This document shows, piece by piece, positions 36,754-50,318 of a DNA stretch of 64,000 bases. The stretch lies in NCBI GenBank assembly GCA_051362555.1, contig CM120644.1:5898954-5962953 (forward strand), in the 5' to 3' direction. Both the position numbers and the translations under genes were made by a program. The notes under the pieces were generated by a model. The model was given only the letters and a program-made list of their open reading frames with translations, searched no databases and was not told where the DNA came from. Source of the stretch: Lingula anatina. Lineage: Eukaryota > Animalia > Brachiopoda. Numbering within the stretch: position 1 is the first letter of the stretch; every line of letters starts with the position of its first letter.

Positions 36754-38495
36754 TTTCAAACCAATTAATTATCAAACATGAAGCTTATTTTTAGAAACAT
36801 TAACAGATATTACTGCAATATAACCCTGCTGGTACACAGATCTACTGTTCTAAAATGCAAACACCAAGTACCTTTCACACACCACTGATGAAATGTGAAT
36901 AATCATATGTATAAAGTAGTAAAAATATCACAAAATGTGTGTAGGCAAGATATTTCTACAAGTAACCTCATTAATCAGTCAGCTAGGAAACTTCATAAAG
37001 CACTCAATAAATGTAGAAATTTGAGCAAGAGAAATTCTACATACAGGCATGACAGGTTTACCATATATTGCCACCAACCCTTCACTGAATGGGCATAGAA
37101 AGAACAAAGTGAGTCTCCCTCCCATTAAAAATGAATAATAATAAAAAATAAATAAATAAATAACAGATACTGTCATCCTTAATACTGAAAAACAATGGCA
37201 CCTTGCAGCCTTCACTGCCTCACTATTTGCAGACAATGTTCTAGTTACTGTAACTGTGTACTTTTGATGAGGCGTAGACGCAAGAATAACTTCTTTGAAG
37301 TATATTTTGAAGGTCTCTTTTGTCATAAATCTGCCACGTATAACCTGAATGTACATATTGCGATTCACACCGCAGCAGCTTGTCTTAGTAAGGACTCAAC
37401 CAGTTGAAAACCTGTGGCACAGCTTCAGGGACAAGATCACACCATCTACCCTTGCTGTGATGATGGATCTACTAGTACATTATCTATGTCTTGTCCTCCT
37501 AGCTTCTCTAATACCATTTCCCCTGATCTATGCTTACATCAATCTCTACAGCTTTACCAACTGCTACACAGTTTTTACATCTGAAAGTATAAAGCAAAAA
37601 TTGTAATAAAGCACCATCAATTTACTTGTTATATATTGATTTGAGGGCAAGAGAAAAAGGCAGAAATCTCATATCATAATCAAGATAATTGAAAATCAAA
37701 TATGCATAATCAAATAGCTTTAATTGTACATACTACTGATGATTTAATCTTTTAAACTTCAGCATAAATTTTGACTTTCTCTTGTTAAAGAATAGCCACT
37801 TTATCAAAATGTGCTTGAACAAATAATAATAATAATAATAATGATAATAATAAACAACCTGCACACATGATGGAGCATGGAGGTTAATTGCCACAAAATA
37901 AGTTGATTTGTACTTGGTAGCCTGAGAAATAATATCAGGTATTAATTTGAGCAGTAATAATACCACAGAGTTAACAACGACACAAGCATTTGGTGTTATG
38001 TAACAAAATTCATGCATTACTTGCTGTGGCAGTGTCCTCCTCAACCTATCGTGCACCGCAGGTTTTGATTTTCAATGTCATCAAAAATTTTTATTGTTGT
38101 TAGTTTGATCTATGTATCTGCTATTCAGATAATATCGTTTGGAAAATAACTAACTGATTTAATTATGCTTTTGCAACATGAAATTATCATAAACTTTGCC
38201 GGTTCACGTATACACAGTACCTTGCTATCAGTGCTGCTCTTTTCTCCCCAACTCGCCACTGACAGGCTAACCACATCGTTTCAAAACAACGTTGGTATGC
38301 TCCTTTACTTTTGGTGTTGGCAGTTTCGCCCCGGGGACATCGTCTTCGGTTAAAAACAACGTATCGTTTTCACCCATCTTTGCATTGCTCCTGTACAAAA
38401 TGTCCGCTTGCTGCCCCCCCCCCCCCCCCTCAAGGGAAAAATCGTAGCACGTGGGTAGTTACACAAGACCTGTGACGTAAAACGCGCGCAAGGTT
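35846..38495. mobile_element. 2.65-kb insertion, probable decayed DNA transposon with AT TSD
   Basis: The empty site GCTGAATTGTCTGACACG is visible in duplicate unit 1 (~32316-32333). Here it reads GCTGAAT[AAGGTCGCGCG...CGCGCAAGGTT]ATTGTCTGACACG, with short imperfect TIRs. Confidence 0.75.
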
Positions 38496-39234
38496 ATTGT
38501 CTGACACGCCCCTCATATCTTTTAAGCTGTGCTTGGTTTAAGTCGGGAAAAATTCGTGGTCCATGATGTTTTTCATGTTGCTTTGCGAAGGGGCATGCCA
38601 GATAATTAGGCTGATTACAATGACTGCGCCTTTAAGCGGGAATCCCCGATGATATACTGTAGATCGATCCTGCTAGTACGATCATTTCTATTCTGAACAC
38701 AGCCTTAGACACCCGTATACTGTACATCCGTGCACTTAATTTTATTATTCAGTGCCATAATTTATTTGAAAGCCCTCGAAGTTTCGGAAAGGATGATTTA
38801 CGTATATTTCTCTAAAGCTGTTGTCAGTTCATGTCTTCTCCAGAAATACTCAGTCATACATGTAATAGCAGTCATATTAAAGGGATGATAACTGTTCGTT
38901 TTGGCTAAAAAAATTAATTTTCCAGGAGTAAACAACAATTTTCCCATACTTACCAATGGTTAATGAATCCATTTCTACATTCAAATTTAGTCCCTGTTTT
39001 TTTTTTTCTAAAAAGTTTGGTTTTATGTTATAATCTCTTAAGAGATTATTACAGAGCATAGTCGTCTATGGAGGTCACGTCTCTTTCTGTAAAAAAAATA
39101 CTGCGTTCCGTTATTATGAATATTTCACTGCGTTCCTTGTGAAATATTGATAATATCTTCATATTGCAGGCAGTATATATTCATTACACCTGAAGGCTGT
39201 AGAGCTTATTTACATACATCACACCGTTTACACC

Positions 39235-40721
39235 ATGAAAATAAGATTGCCGTCTTTCACTCTCAAGGGCATTTTTGTGACCATCATACTGCTACTGGCT
39301 GTTAGCTTTATGGCTAAAAGGAGTAACACACAAGTGGATCGGAAAGAGGTAGGTGGTATCAACTAATTTTTTTACGGGGGTAATCAGGATGAATCGATTG
39401 TAGAAAACACTGCACTCTTGCAGAGCTTTGTCTTCAAAGTCAACCTGTAAAGTCGTCTTGATCAGTCAGTAATTTAAGTTGTAATGAATGTTGAATTGTA
39501 CGTGAATGGACTGAAGAGTAAACAGTATTTTGCATTTACTTTCTCATTTAGACGTCAGCACCAAGAGTCTCGAACAGAAAAAATCCGGAAAATTCAGGTA
39601 TATATAAGTGATTTCTGATATATTATCTCTCTCTCTCTCTCTCTCTCTCTCTGACACAACAGAAGATTGTACAAACACTGTTCATGTTAGGGGGTGTCGG
39701 GGGGGGGGGGGGGTCCTGGCCCCCTTCAATTTCTGAAAAGATCACAACAATGGTCCCCTTTTGCAATAAGCAATTAAATATATATTTCATATTATATATT
39801 ATATTGATATATTTTATATTTTAAGTTTTGCAGACGAGAACGAACACGGCAGATGATGTCGCCGATGACACTAAATCTACCCCTCCCTGTGGCCAAATTT
39901 GCGACTATTCCATTCGAAAGAAAAGCGGTGATCATATCCTAAGAAAAGATTTCAATTGTCGGGATATATTCTTCAGGCTGAAGCATCCATCTGGACAAAC
40001 TTTCAAGCCACCTTTGAAAAACCCGCCTCCAGAGATGCTTCAAGATTTCACGCAAAATGGCACCTTGAAGTTGCATCTCCGGTACCTTGATGACTCCAAA
40101 AAACGCAATAAAACAAAGTTCACATCAGAAGATATCAAAAAGCTTCTAAAATTGGATAATGATCAAATAAAAATGGGCTCGTATGGAGAAGATAGCGACA
40201 GATTCAAAAAGATCCTCTACAGATACCAAGACGAATTAAAAGACAAGACAGGAATTGTCATAGGAAGTCAAAGTCCTTGGCTAGAAGTCATGCTATTAAA
40301 TCTTGGTGTGAAGCACGTGACAACTGTTGATTACAATCCAGTTTTCTTCGACCACCCACAACTGTCCTTCAAGTTAATGTCAGATACGGCGGACGAAATC
40401 ACCAACGATCCGTCGCGCCGAATGGACTTCGCCGTTTCGTTTTCTTCTTTGGAACACTCTGGCCTAGGTCGGTATGGAGACCCCATCAATCCATATGGCG
40501 ACCTTGAAGCCGCGGCCCAAGTCTGGTGTATGTTGAAGCCTGGTGCGTTGTTTTTGCTAGCAGTGCCCGGACGTCTTGGTAGCTGGGAAGGCACTTTGTA
40601 TTTCAACATGCACCGCGATTATGGTGGAGCTCGTTTAGAACAAATCGCTGCAAACTTTGAAGAACTAGAACGCGGGAAAACAAAAAAGCACATCGCGCTA
40701 GTTTTAAGAAAGCCCGTTTAA
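39235..40721 (+). CDS. DUF268-family methyltransferase-like type II membrane protein, copy 3 (diverged, intact)
   Basis: Exon 39235-39348 (MKIRLPSFTLKGIFVTIILLLAVSFMA...), exon 39552-39597, exon 39826-40721. Same intron phases (0, 1) as copy 1. SSLEHSGLGRYGDP is intact. Confidence 0.85.
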
Positions 40722-41240
40722 ATATTTACTGAGAAGATACTGGCGCTAAGTTTCATATTAGCCTTGCTTTTAAATATTACATAGATTTTCATGTTGATAT
40801 GGGGGCAGACAAACAGCAATGTATATACATAGACTATACTTGGTTTTAAAGGCTGTGGAATAGAAATGAACAGCATATGTTAAATGAGCCAGGCCAAGTG
40901 CTAATTATATGGGCTCGGAGCTCTACCATAAAAAGAGCGTGCGGGGATTTTTTAAAAAGTCAGAAACTGGAGTATCATACTGGATGATACTGATATGCTG
41001 GTATACATACTATTATATTATAAATACGGTGCAGTTCACAATTGGTAATGCACGCTCTAGCAGCTGAAGGGTCTGTCTTAATTTTTTAGTGTTGGGTTGT
41101 GGTCTATCTGTACTATCCAGCTAGAGAGTAAGTCAACAGTCATTTGATAATATGTCGATTGGGCAAGAGATATTCGTAATGTACTTCATTATGGGGTGAC
41201 CAAGTGTAATTTGCAGACCCTTGCCTCTTTCTTCCTTGTA

Positions 41241-41470
41241 CACACAATGGACAATAGAAGTGTCGCCACTACTGGACCAATACTTTGGGGGAGATAAATG
41301 ACTGTGGAATGATATACTCCTGGTATCATTTTATTAACGTCAAATTTCACACAAAAAATGTAGACCAGGCATTATGATTACTCAAGATCTGCCTACTTTG
41401 ATTATTGATTACTTGATTATTATTTGATTAATCTGATTCAGGGGGTGGCACTTCTATTGTCCATTGTGTG
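41241..41470 (-). mobile_element. 230-bp internally deleted derivative (MITE) of the Tc1 family at 5103-6488
   Basis: TA|CACACAATGGACAATAGAAGTGTCGCCAC...GGGGGTGGCACTTCTATTGTCCATTGTGTG|TA. The interior is the reverse complement of ~6370-6460 joined to ~5140-5187. Confidence 0.88.
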
Positions 41471-44400
41471 TACTTGCAGTGACGCTTCCAGAATACTGGT
41501 AAACGACACGGAATTTGCACCTGGGTATCTTTAAGTCATGTTTAGTTTACACATTTTATAACCGGGATTCTTTGTTTTGGAATACATAGACTCAGAAAAT
41601 ACCGCCTGACGTTTATAATACATTTTAAAGACTGTTCCCCAGCAGTCGCGTGGCCAAATTCGGAATCTGACGCATTTTATTTGGTGTAATCCGATGACCA
41701 TACATACATGGGCTTTAATTCGATATGGCGATTATTTCATTCTTGAGATGGTGCGGGTATTTGGGGATGGGGTTGTTACACAATGAAGCTGTTTCAGTTG
41801 ATCTACACATTTGACATTTGAATACATTTAATACATGTATAATGGCATTCAGTTAATACATTTCTGCATTTTTTCGTTCGAATGAATTAGTCGTATAATC
41901 AACTGCTGCTTGGGCTTGTGGTTTTGTTTTAAGGTATGCATCTCATCAACTGGTTTAGATTTGTGTTTAATTGCAAAACAGTCGCCACAAAAATGTTCTT
42001 ATTTAAGGACGGACAGGTGTAAAACACCGAGCTTCGGCTGTGTGTAACTTAGTTGTACTGAGAACTCACATCTCAAGTGAATAGGATGTCTTGAGGTTAT
42101 TGAGGTAAACTAAAAAAAAAAACAATTGTATTTTCTCGGACTGTTCATGAATGATGGGAATATGACAACGAACAGAAAAGAAAGAAAGATAAAAATCAGA
42201 TAATAGAAGATTAAACTTTGATTACATAGTTGAAAATTGATGACTTATTCTATGAACAACGGTGAAATGCTTGGTATTGAAAAGAATGAAATTAGTGTAA
42301 CACGCTGGGGAAAATAACATTTGAGAGTCACCCAAATAACTAACCTAGTGATTAATATAACTATGCTTTAAATCTGATATCTTTTCTTTAAAATCACTTG
42401 TCATTTTCAGTATTCGTTAGCATCTACCGAAAAAAACTTGCTGAGATTCAAAATTGCATATCAAAATTTATAAGTTATTTGCTTCGGAGACAAAAAAATC
42501 ACGGTTAATGTTATTATTGCCATTATTTTCAAAATTTTAAGAAATCGGTTGCAGTTTGGGTATATAAATGGCATTTAATAACTAAAACATTAACACTTCC
42601 GTCTAAACATCTTTCAACGGCATTCCAGCTATCAGACAATGTGTTTATCTGTAGTCTATAAAGTCGCGTGTTTAAACATACATACAGATATAAATCTGTA
42701 CTAATTGTCGACTATTTGTGGGTGTTTTGCCGTTTCAGGTTTAATATTAAAAAAACACAGGAAAAGTCTCAGTGCCTCTTATTAGTCAGTGGTTCTATTT
42801 TTAGTATTTTTATGTCTCAAAGTTTAATGTATAGTATATTACGCAACGTGACTTAAGGATTTTATCATAATGTTATTTTAAGGTGGAAGAATTCGAATAA
42901 CCGTTGTCGGTGAGGGATGTACGACCACAAAGGCCATTGATATTAAGGATATCGTCAAAACTGATGTCACGTTCTCAGATTGTCATTTTGATCAGACAGT
43001 CAAAGTAAATTTCGATTGTATATTTCATGTGCTCTCTGAGGCTTGTAATTCTAATTAAAATGAGTTTCGATCTTCATCTTAACCGATTATAAATAAACTA
43101 AAAATAAATCAATAAATAAGATAAACTATAAATCGTAGAAAAGTATTTTCAAAACCCGTCATGGCACACTCGTGTGTTGTTAGTCTTCATTTACATATAT
43201 TTTCAATCTTTATGCATGAAGTGTTTTCCATATGATGATATGATGTTAAAAAAAAACATACCTTCATTTCGACAAAAAAGCAACTCTCCCTCAAAGCAAC
43301 TCTTATTTTTAGAAGGCGGCTAGGACAACAGTCTGATAGCAGAACGTTCAAGTTGTACCACACTGGGATTTAAATCTGAATTGTGACCTATTAACGTTGG
43401 CATGGGCTATTTAAAGATGTTGTAGGCTATTTTGATAAAGATAATGGCTATAATTGCACTACTTTGTCGACATTCAAATGTTTTGTGACTAACAAATGTT
43501 GAATATTGTCAACCGTAAGGAAGGGCTACTATTCGTGGCATGTTTTTTTCAGTTTCTTCAATTTATGGCGAAAGGTCTGTACTATAGATTAAGAGCTACA
43601 GACAGGCTTTAAATTTCCAACCAATTCCATGGCAAGTTTAAGGAAGCACTCATTTTGAAAAATATTTCATGATCTTTTAGGGCAATAAAGACCTTCATAA
43701 TAGGTTGTGAAAGGAAATATAAACAGTCTTGGTTCAGAGCTACATAACACTGTGTATAACTTCACCATACTCTAGTTTTCCTAGAAACAAAGCGTTTTCT
43801 ACCCGTTCCTATTTAGTGCTGACGTGTTTGCCCAAGTTATTTACGATATCTTTTGATCCTAATTTTTTTCATTGTATTTTATAAATTTAAACATTCAACA
43901 TTAGGCACATGCTCAATCCTTTTAAAAGTAAACAGCTTAAATCTATATGCTATAACGTCATATTTGAAAAGTTTCACAATTTCCAGCTTGCAACTGTTAT
44001 CAGCAACACGAAAATGTACTTTTTGATCATGAAATCAGCCAATAAATCTGAACTCTCTTTGACGTTGATAATATTTTCCATTCTTGCATAATGTGGAATA
44101 GAATGCTCGAACAAATGTATTCCTAACAAAATTATACTTACACTTGCGAACAACTTCCCGACTTTCATTCAATTGATTTAAATTCATTCTGATCACTTGC
44201 GAAGAATGGAATCTGATCATTTTTCTTAACAATACAAAATTATTATTATTATTTATCTATTTGATTTATTTATTCATTTATTATTTATTTTTTTTTTTTT
44301 TGGGGGGGGGGGGGGGGGCGCAGGAGTAAAGTTTTTCTCCGTAATAGTTATTTCTTCTACGCGGAATAAATCAAAGGTGGGTATTCCAGTATATGTTCAT

Positions 44401-45321
44401 TAACTTTAACATTTTGGGTCGGTAGATTTTAAGCATTGCAAAGACAACAATACATGATGTTTATTGGCCCGTGGTTCATCTATTTCCTCATTTTCAATAT
44501 TGTGTCTCACATGTAAAAGCTGTATTAAGGATGCAATTAAATAACAGACATTTACAGTAATTCAGCGGATCTCTTACATCTAGAAAGTACGGTGCACAAG
44601 ATGATGAAATTATTTCGCTGTAGGAAACTGTGGGTGCTTCCTTGTATGACACTGGTGATGGGTTTTTATTGTCAGCTTATATTTGCATGGACGAGGAGGA
44701 GGTAAACATAAAATTGACAAATAAATGCACTACCGCAATTACTCAATAAATTTAAACGGAATCATTAAAGCTAATCTATGGTTTGATGCTAGTTATAGAA
44801 AAGTTTATATTAAATATTTGAAGGAAAATGGGTTGTGTTCTGAATGTTTGGCACTGCGATTAGCAAAAAATCATTAATCTCGAACTTTCAAGTATTATGT
44901 AAAATCTACATTCGGAATTTGTTGTCATTTACCTTAAGCCATTTATCTAACCGTCTGAATCCTTCAATGTCTATACGGTTCCACAGGACCCTAATTAAGG
45001 ACAATCAAAACCAAATAACTCCCCCGAATGTTTTACATATGCCAAGGCTCGTCCTTATATCTAGAGGCATTTTTTTGTCTCGCTTGTAATCTCCGACTGA
45101 CAGATTGACAGATCCGGAATTTAAGACAAGTTGTAATTAAAAGAATGAGGAAAAATATGACATGAATGGGTGTTACGGGGAAGGGGTGGCCTCCTCGCCC
45201 CTCGCGGTTATACATAGTTCACATACCTATCTCTGAGAATGTTTCTTAGTTACATGTACCAGATATCGTTTTATTTAAATGAACATACCTTAACCTTGGA
45301 TACGATTCGATGATTTTAGGA

Positions 45322-45357
<36 letters not shown>

Positions 45358-45551
45358 CGTTTGTTTTTAAGCAAAAATATCCCCCCGCGCGCCTCTTACT
45401 GAAGTGAGAATGCATGTATTTGGGAAGTGCCCATGGTTCTTTTTGTAAGTCTGAGTACATGACACTTCCTTCTATATATATATACTGTATAGAGTTATAT
45501 ATTTTTCTCGATTTATACACACATTTTCTTGAACCTGTCATTATATAGCAA

Positions 45552-45553
<2 letters not shown>

Positions 45554-45594
<41 letters not shown>
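45554..45594. repeat. (TG)n microsatellite
   Basis: About 20 TG units. Confidence 0.9.
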
Positions 45595-45595
<1 letters not shown>

Positions 45596-46854
45596 TTGGG
45601 GGGGGGGAAGTCCTTCGCCTCTTAAGATTTCTGTAAATGAGTTTTATAAACGGTGCTTGTTTCACAAAAAAGAGTTTGTTGCATATTTAGATACTGATGC
45701 CGCCTTTCTTTCTTCTGTTTCTTCTTTTAGAAACCTATTTTCGAAGAACAACGGCAGCATGTGTTGAGCATTGTATTCAAAGTTGAGAAAAATATATGAT
45801 GCTTTACAATGAGTTATTGCGAGTGGTTTGTATGAAAGCAGTTACTTCCTTCATCAATTTAAATGAACGGCAATTTATTGTAACTTATTTCTTTTCTTAA
45901 TAGTCACAACAAATATATTTAGATATTTTCCAAATTTCCCAGTAATCAAAACGCAGTTAACTGCCATGTGAGGTTGATTAAAAGCGGACATTGTACAACA
46001 TTTATCTATGCATGAAAGGTCTTTTAATATATATTTAAATATTTAAAATATTGCAAAATGGGTGCATGATTAAGGTAATTTTGTGAGAGAGTATTTGTTA
46101 CTGAAAAATATAGGTGTGCACATAAAACCAGTTTTCTAAGCAAGATACAAATACCACACATTGAAGAATGCATCAATTACGCACAAGAATTATTCAAAAT
46201 GAAATTCGTTTGGGAATATCAAAAAGCCAACACAGTTTATCCTGAAAGGAAGTCAACAGATGTAAATAAACATCAACTTTGAACATTATTTAGGGTGTCA
46301 AGGAAGAGAGGCAGTGAGGAAGGGGGGGGGGGGGGTAAAAGTGGGTTGGTATTTTAGATAAATTTATCTCGCACTTGTTTTACAGAGACGAGTTTTAATT
46401 GGGGTATTCCGCATGCCTGAGGCGATAGAAGTCACAGTTCCATTGTACATGGCAAGAGCGCTGCTCTTGTATCCAACTATATTGACCCTCCTTTTGAAAT
46501 GAAAAGAGAAAAAGAATATACAGGGGGTCATTAAAAGTGTTAGTTAACCTTTAATTACCATATGAAGCACACCTATCCTCTCTACAATAAGCTTCCTCCT
46601 CCTTCCCCCTCCCCCCCCACCACCTCGTGGTATATGATTGTGTTCCGGGGTGTGCACGTTCACCTCACCGGGATCTTGCTTCATTTTGATATTAAAACCA
46701 TCTGGTTAAGTCCTTAGCTATGCCCCCTTAGAAGATTTACGGCGAGGCCACCGCAGCTATTAAAAACCTACATTATGACTTGTGGCACGTGGTAAACGGA
46801 AGACATAAAATGTGACTTAGTCATAGTTCGCGGCCACCCCCGTCGTAATTTACT

Positions 46855-46862
46855 GTATATAA
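46855..46862 (+). promoter_or_regulatory. Candidate TATA box of TSP1 gene A
   Basis: GTATATAA about 150 bp upstream of ATG 47009. Confidence 0.4.
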
Positions 46863-47008
46863 GTCCACGCTTCATCCAACACCGGTCATTGGGGCTATTT
46901 CTTCACTGAAGAACACGGAAAGTTCAGGAGCTTATTCAGGGGAGCAGTATAAAGAAAGAAGAAAATTAAAAAAGTATTCGATTTTAAAAGACATACTACA
47001 CAACGATC

Positions 47009-48608
47009 ATGTTTCTGACATCAGCTATTCTTCTCACAGCTCTGCAAAGCGCTTTGACAGTACCCGGTAAGTAGTGGGATTTACATTTTTTTATTGAGGT
47101 TTAAAGTTGTGTGTAAAATTTTATGAAGCTAAAATGTGTTTATTTTGGAGAGAGGGAAATCATAACATTCACACTGACAAGAAAAAATGATAAATTCATA
47201 ATTATAATAATGAATGAATAAGTAATGATAAGAAAATATATAATATATAACATAATGAAAATCGATTGTTGCCTTCAGTTTATTACCTGACCTGTAATTA
47301 TTTTTTACTATATCTATTCTCTGACTTAATTCAACTGCTTCAATTTCAGTTCGTCAATGCGACAGAAGCGGTAGACTGGGTCAGTTCATACCCGACGACA
47401 TGAACCCCTGCGTATACTACAGGTGCGAGTACCTGGGCACGCCCTACCAGAGGATGAGCGGCAAGATGTACTGCGAACAGCCCTACGTCGTCCCGCGGTC
47501 CTTTGGTGCCATACGACGGTTCCCAAGCCACAGTAACCCTTGCGTACTCTACAACCCAACACTGGCGTCGAGATGTATACGAGGGGTACAGGCGTGGAGT
47601 AGGTGGAGTAACTGGGGGCAGTGCACGAGGGACTGTGGGGTCGGTACCCAGAGGCGCACACGGGTGTGTCTGGGAGGACAGAGCTGTCCGGGACTCCTGG
47701 TGGAGAGCCGTTTGTGTAATATGCATCCATGTAAGTTGATTCACGTGTTTAGCCTTTTTTAGTTAGGTTCGTGTTCGGATAAGGGTGTATGCTTTTTATT
47801 CATTGTCCACTCAATTCATAGTCACTGACAGACATTTGAGGAACGTATTCATTGGATTGTTGTTGGCATAGCAGCAAAAAAAAAAAATAAATAAATAAAA
47901 TAAATAAATAAATAAAATAAATAAATAAAAAAATAAAAAATTAAAAAATATAATAATAATAATAAATAAATAAATAAATAAATAATATAGATAAATATTT
48001 TTTTTAAGTAGCGGAATAAAAGTCTTTCAAGTGAGACTTTATTTGCTCCAATTTTCCTCTCACGAAATTTGTAACTGCACATGAACCTGTGAATCTTAAA
48101 TACAGATCCAGATGTATTGTTAGTTCTTATCCCCAACTTATCTAACAACGTACCCATTTTGCAAGTCCAATCGTTTCTTTTACCTGTCATGTTATCATCT
48201 CATGTCTGCTCTATCGAGTTGGAATTATACCATGGCCGTCTCATTTAGATTTTATAGGGTCACTATTTCATAACAACTGATATCATATCTCGTGTTACAG
48301 GCTTTGGAGAGACGGTTGTTAAGGATTTTGACATCATGCTACAAGAAGACGACCATGCAACGTCATTCGTCACATCAGACTCGCAAGCGAGTGACGTAGA
48401 CACAACACTGTCCACAACCACCACACAAAAAGAGACTACAAGAACCTCCGCCACATCCATTGCTGAGTCTACGCAAGCTCCTTCTTTTGCTCCCACCGAA
48501 GGCAGTGGTGAAGCGACCGGAAGTGACGACACGTCGACTACCAACAGTGACGTCACACCCACTGACAATCTTACTGTTGTTGGGTCAACCACATCCAGTT
48601 TTCAATAA
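47009..48608 (+). CDS. Secreted protein A: signal peptide + CBM14-like Cys domain + TSP1 + acidic Thr/Ser-rich tail (248 aa)
   Basis: Exon 47009-47066 ([19 protein letters not shown]), exon 47350-47730, exon 48301-48608, phases 1/1, total 747 nt. TSP1 reads [25 protein letters not shown]. The mucin-like tail contains EGSGE. Confidence 0.82.
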
Positions 48609-49404
48609 CAAACTACCAAATGAAACTGTAAATAAGATATTCAGAACGCTTTTTGTACAGGTTATACACATATCTAAATCAGTATTATACCCTAACTATA
48701 TCGGTTAAATAATTTATGAAAAATTTAAAAGGGAGAGCCGTATCGGCTTGTCAGTAAGATTCTGTGCTGATATTCACCGGTGAGAAAAAATATGATTTGG
48801 ATAAATAATCGCAGTTTGAATTGCACAAAGTGTAAGTATTATTTAGCAACCTTTTCTGCACAATCTGTGTTTGAAGAAGAGTGTAAGGTACTCCAGCAGT
48901 TTAGATTTTGTGGTCGTTTTCACAGATGTATTAAGTATAAATAAATTATGAAAGTAATATTGAATTTGCCGTATCGGTGGGTTTTCTGCAGTCTTAACGT
49001 ATCATTCAGTTTCATGTATATTTCATATAAATATCCATGTAAATAAATTATCTATTAATGTATATGAGATGAATATTGTGGTACAGCAAGGATGAAAGAC
49101 TGTTTAAGTTAACATTCCTACACTGAAACCAGGGCAAAAATGTAAATAGTCTACTCAAATGTTTTTACTATGTAATAAAATTAAATGTACAGTTTATATA
49201 TCTTTTTGATAATATCTATCTATCTATCTATCTATTTACATATTCTTCTTTCTTTCTATTGTATGAAATTAGGGCAAAAGGGCTAATATTCTTTTATGTT
49301 CAATAAAATGATACACACAAATTGATGATTTGGTCAGCAGTAAGTGCGATAGTGGTACCAGCCTCGTTGCGTTTTCTTTTCATTATACAATGCGGTGGGC
49401 ATTT

Positions 49405-49451
<47 letters not shown>

Positions 49452-50318
49452 GTTTTAGGTCCGTTTACACACAGTTATGTTTTAAGCGCAGATCTTTTAT
49501 AATTCAGACGTTAATTTCTCAGCCAATTTGCAGCAAAGAGTTGAGATCGATGCTTAAAAAAAGAAAATAATTGCTTCGTTTATCTGAACGAGGTGTTTGA
49601 GTTGCAATGTAGCTTCAAACTTAATACACATGTACATACCAAATGTACATTAGGTATATTTAAATGCTCTTATCGCCCAGGAACGTGACCTCCAATGTAT
49701 CTTTCCTGAAGCTCTGCATAAAGGGTTTGGTTATTATTGAGACGGCTAAATTAATGCGCCATTTTGGTCATAATCAGGAAATATACGCAGTCTCCGTAAC
49801 ACTAAGGGTTAATATCAGGACGTGGTACGCTTGGACACACACAAACATATATAGTCAACATTCGTAATAACTTTTAGCTTATTTGTTTATAGAATTTACG
49901 AAATATCTTTAGAATACCATTTAATACGCAGTTAAATTGTGTGATTTACAAAACACATAAGTATTTTATTATTTATGTATTAGTGTCAAATTTACATAAG
50001 TTCATTCATTTCTTTATATCAACAACGCTGTATTTGAAATAATGATATCCTAAAAACTTTATTTTTGTTTGTAAATGTCAAATATATTTTGGAGTGCACT
50101 TTTGTAACACGAGGAAAGTGATAACACCCTTTTAAAGAATTACACGTAATGTAAACACCTTTATTCTTTTTATTATTTTTAGAATTACAGGTTGTTTGAG
50201 AAACCAGGATCATATTTAAAAAAGGCATTTTGAGTCTTTACAGTTGTAATTTCCATTCGTGTTCCTGTATTTGGACACTGATCCGGACTTCGGCCACATT
50301 CCAAAACGACTTATGGCC

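Larger units (their letters stand above)
29860..39127 (+). repeat. Direct tandem duplication of a ~3.5-kb unit (~29860-33340 and ~33340-39127, the second with a 2.65-kb insertion)
   Basis: Exons, introns, 3'UTR and downstream repeats align between the units (e.g. 32300-32895 vs 35825-35845 plus 38496-39080, and 33292-33338 vs 39083-39128). Confidence 0.88.

Noticed and set aside
30835-40721. Bacterial contamination or a recent HGT island, suggested by long intron-less DUF268 ORFs
   Set aside because: Each copy has upstream GT-AG exons with conserved phases and lies among animal transposons. Only an ancient origin remains testable.
41500-46800. Short ORFs in the intergenic region
   Set aside because: AT-rich or simple-repeat-derived, with no domain motifs or consistent splice structure.
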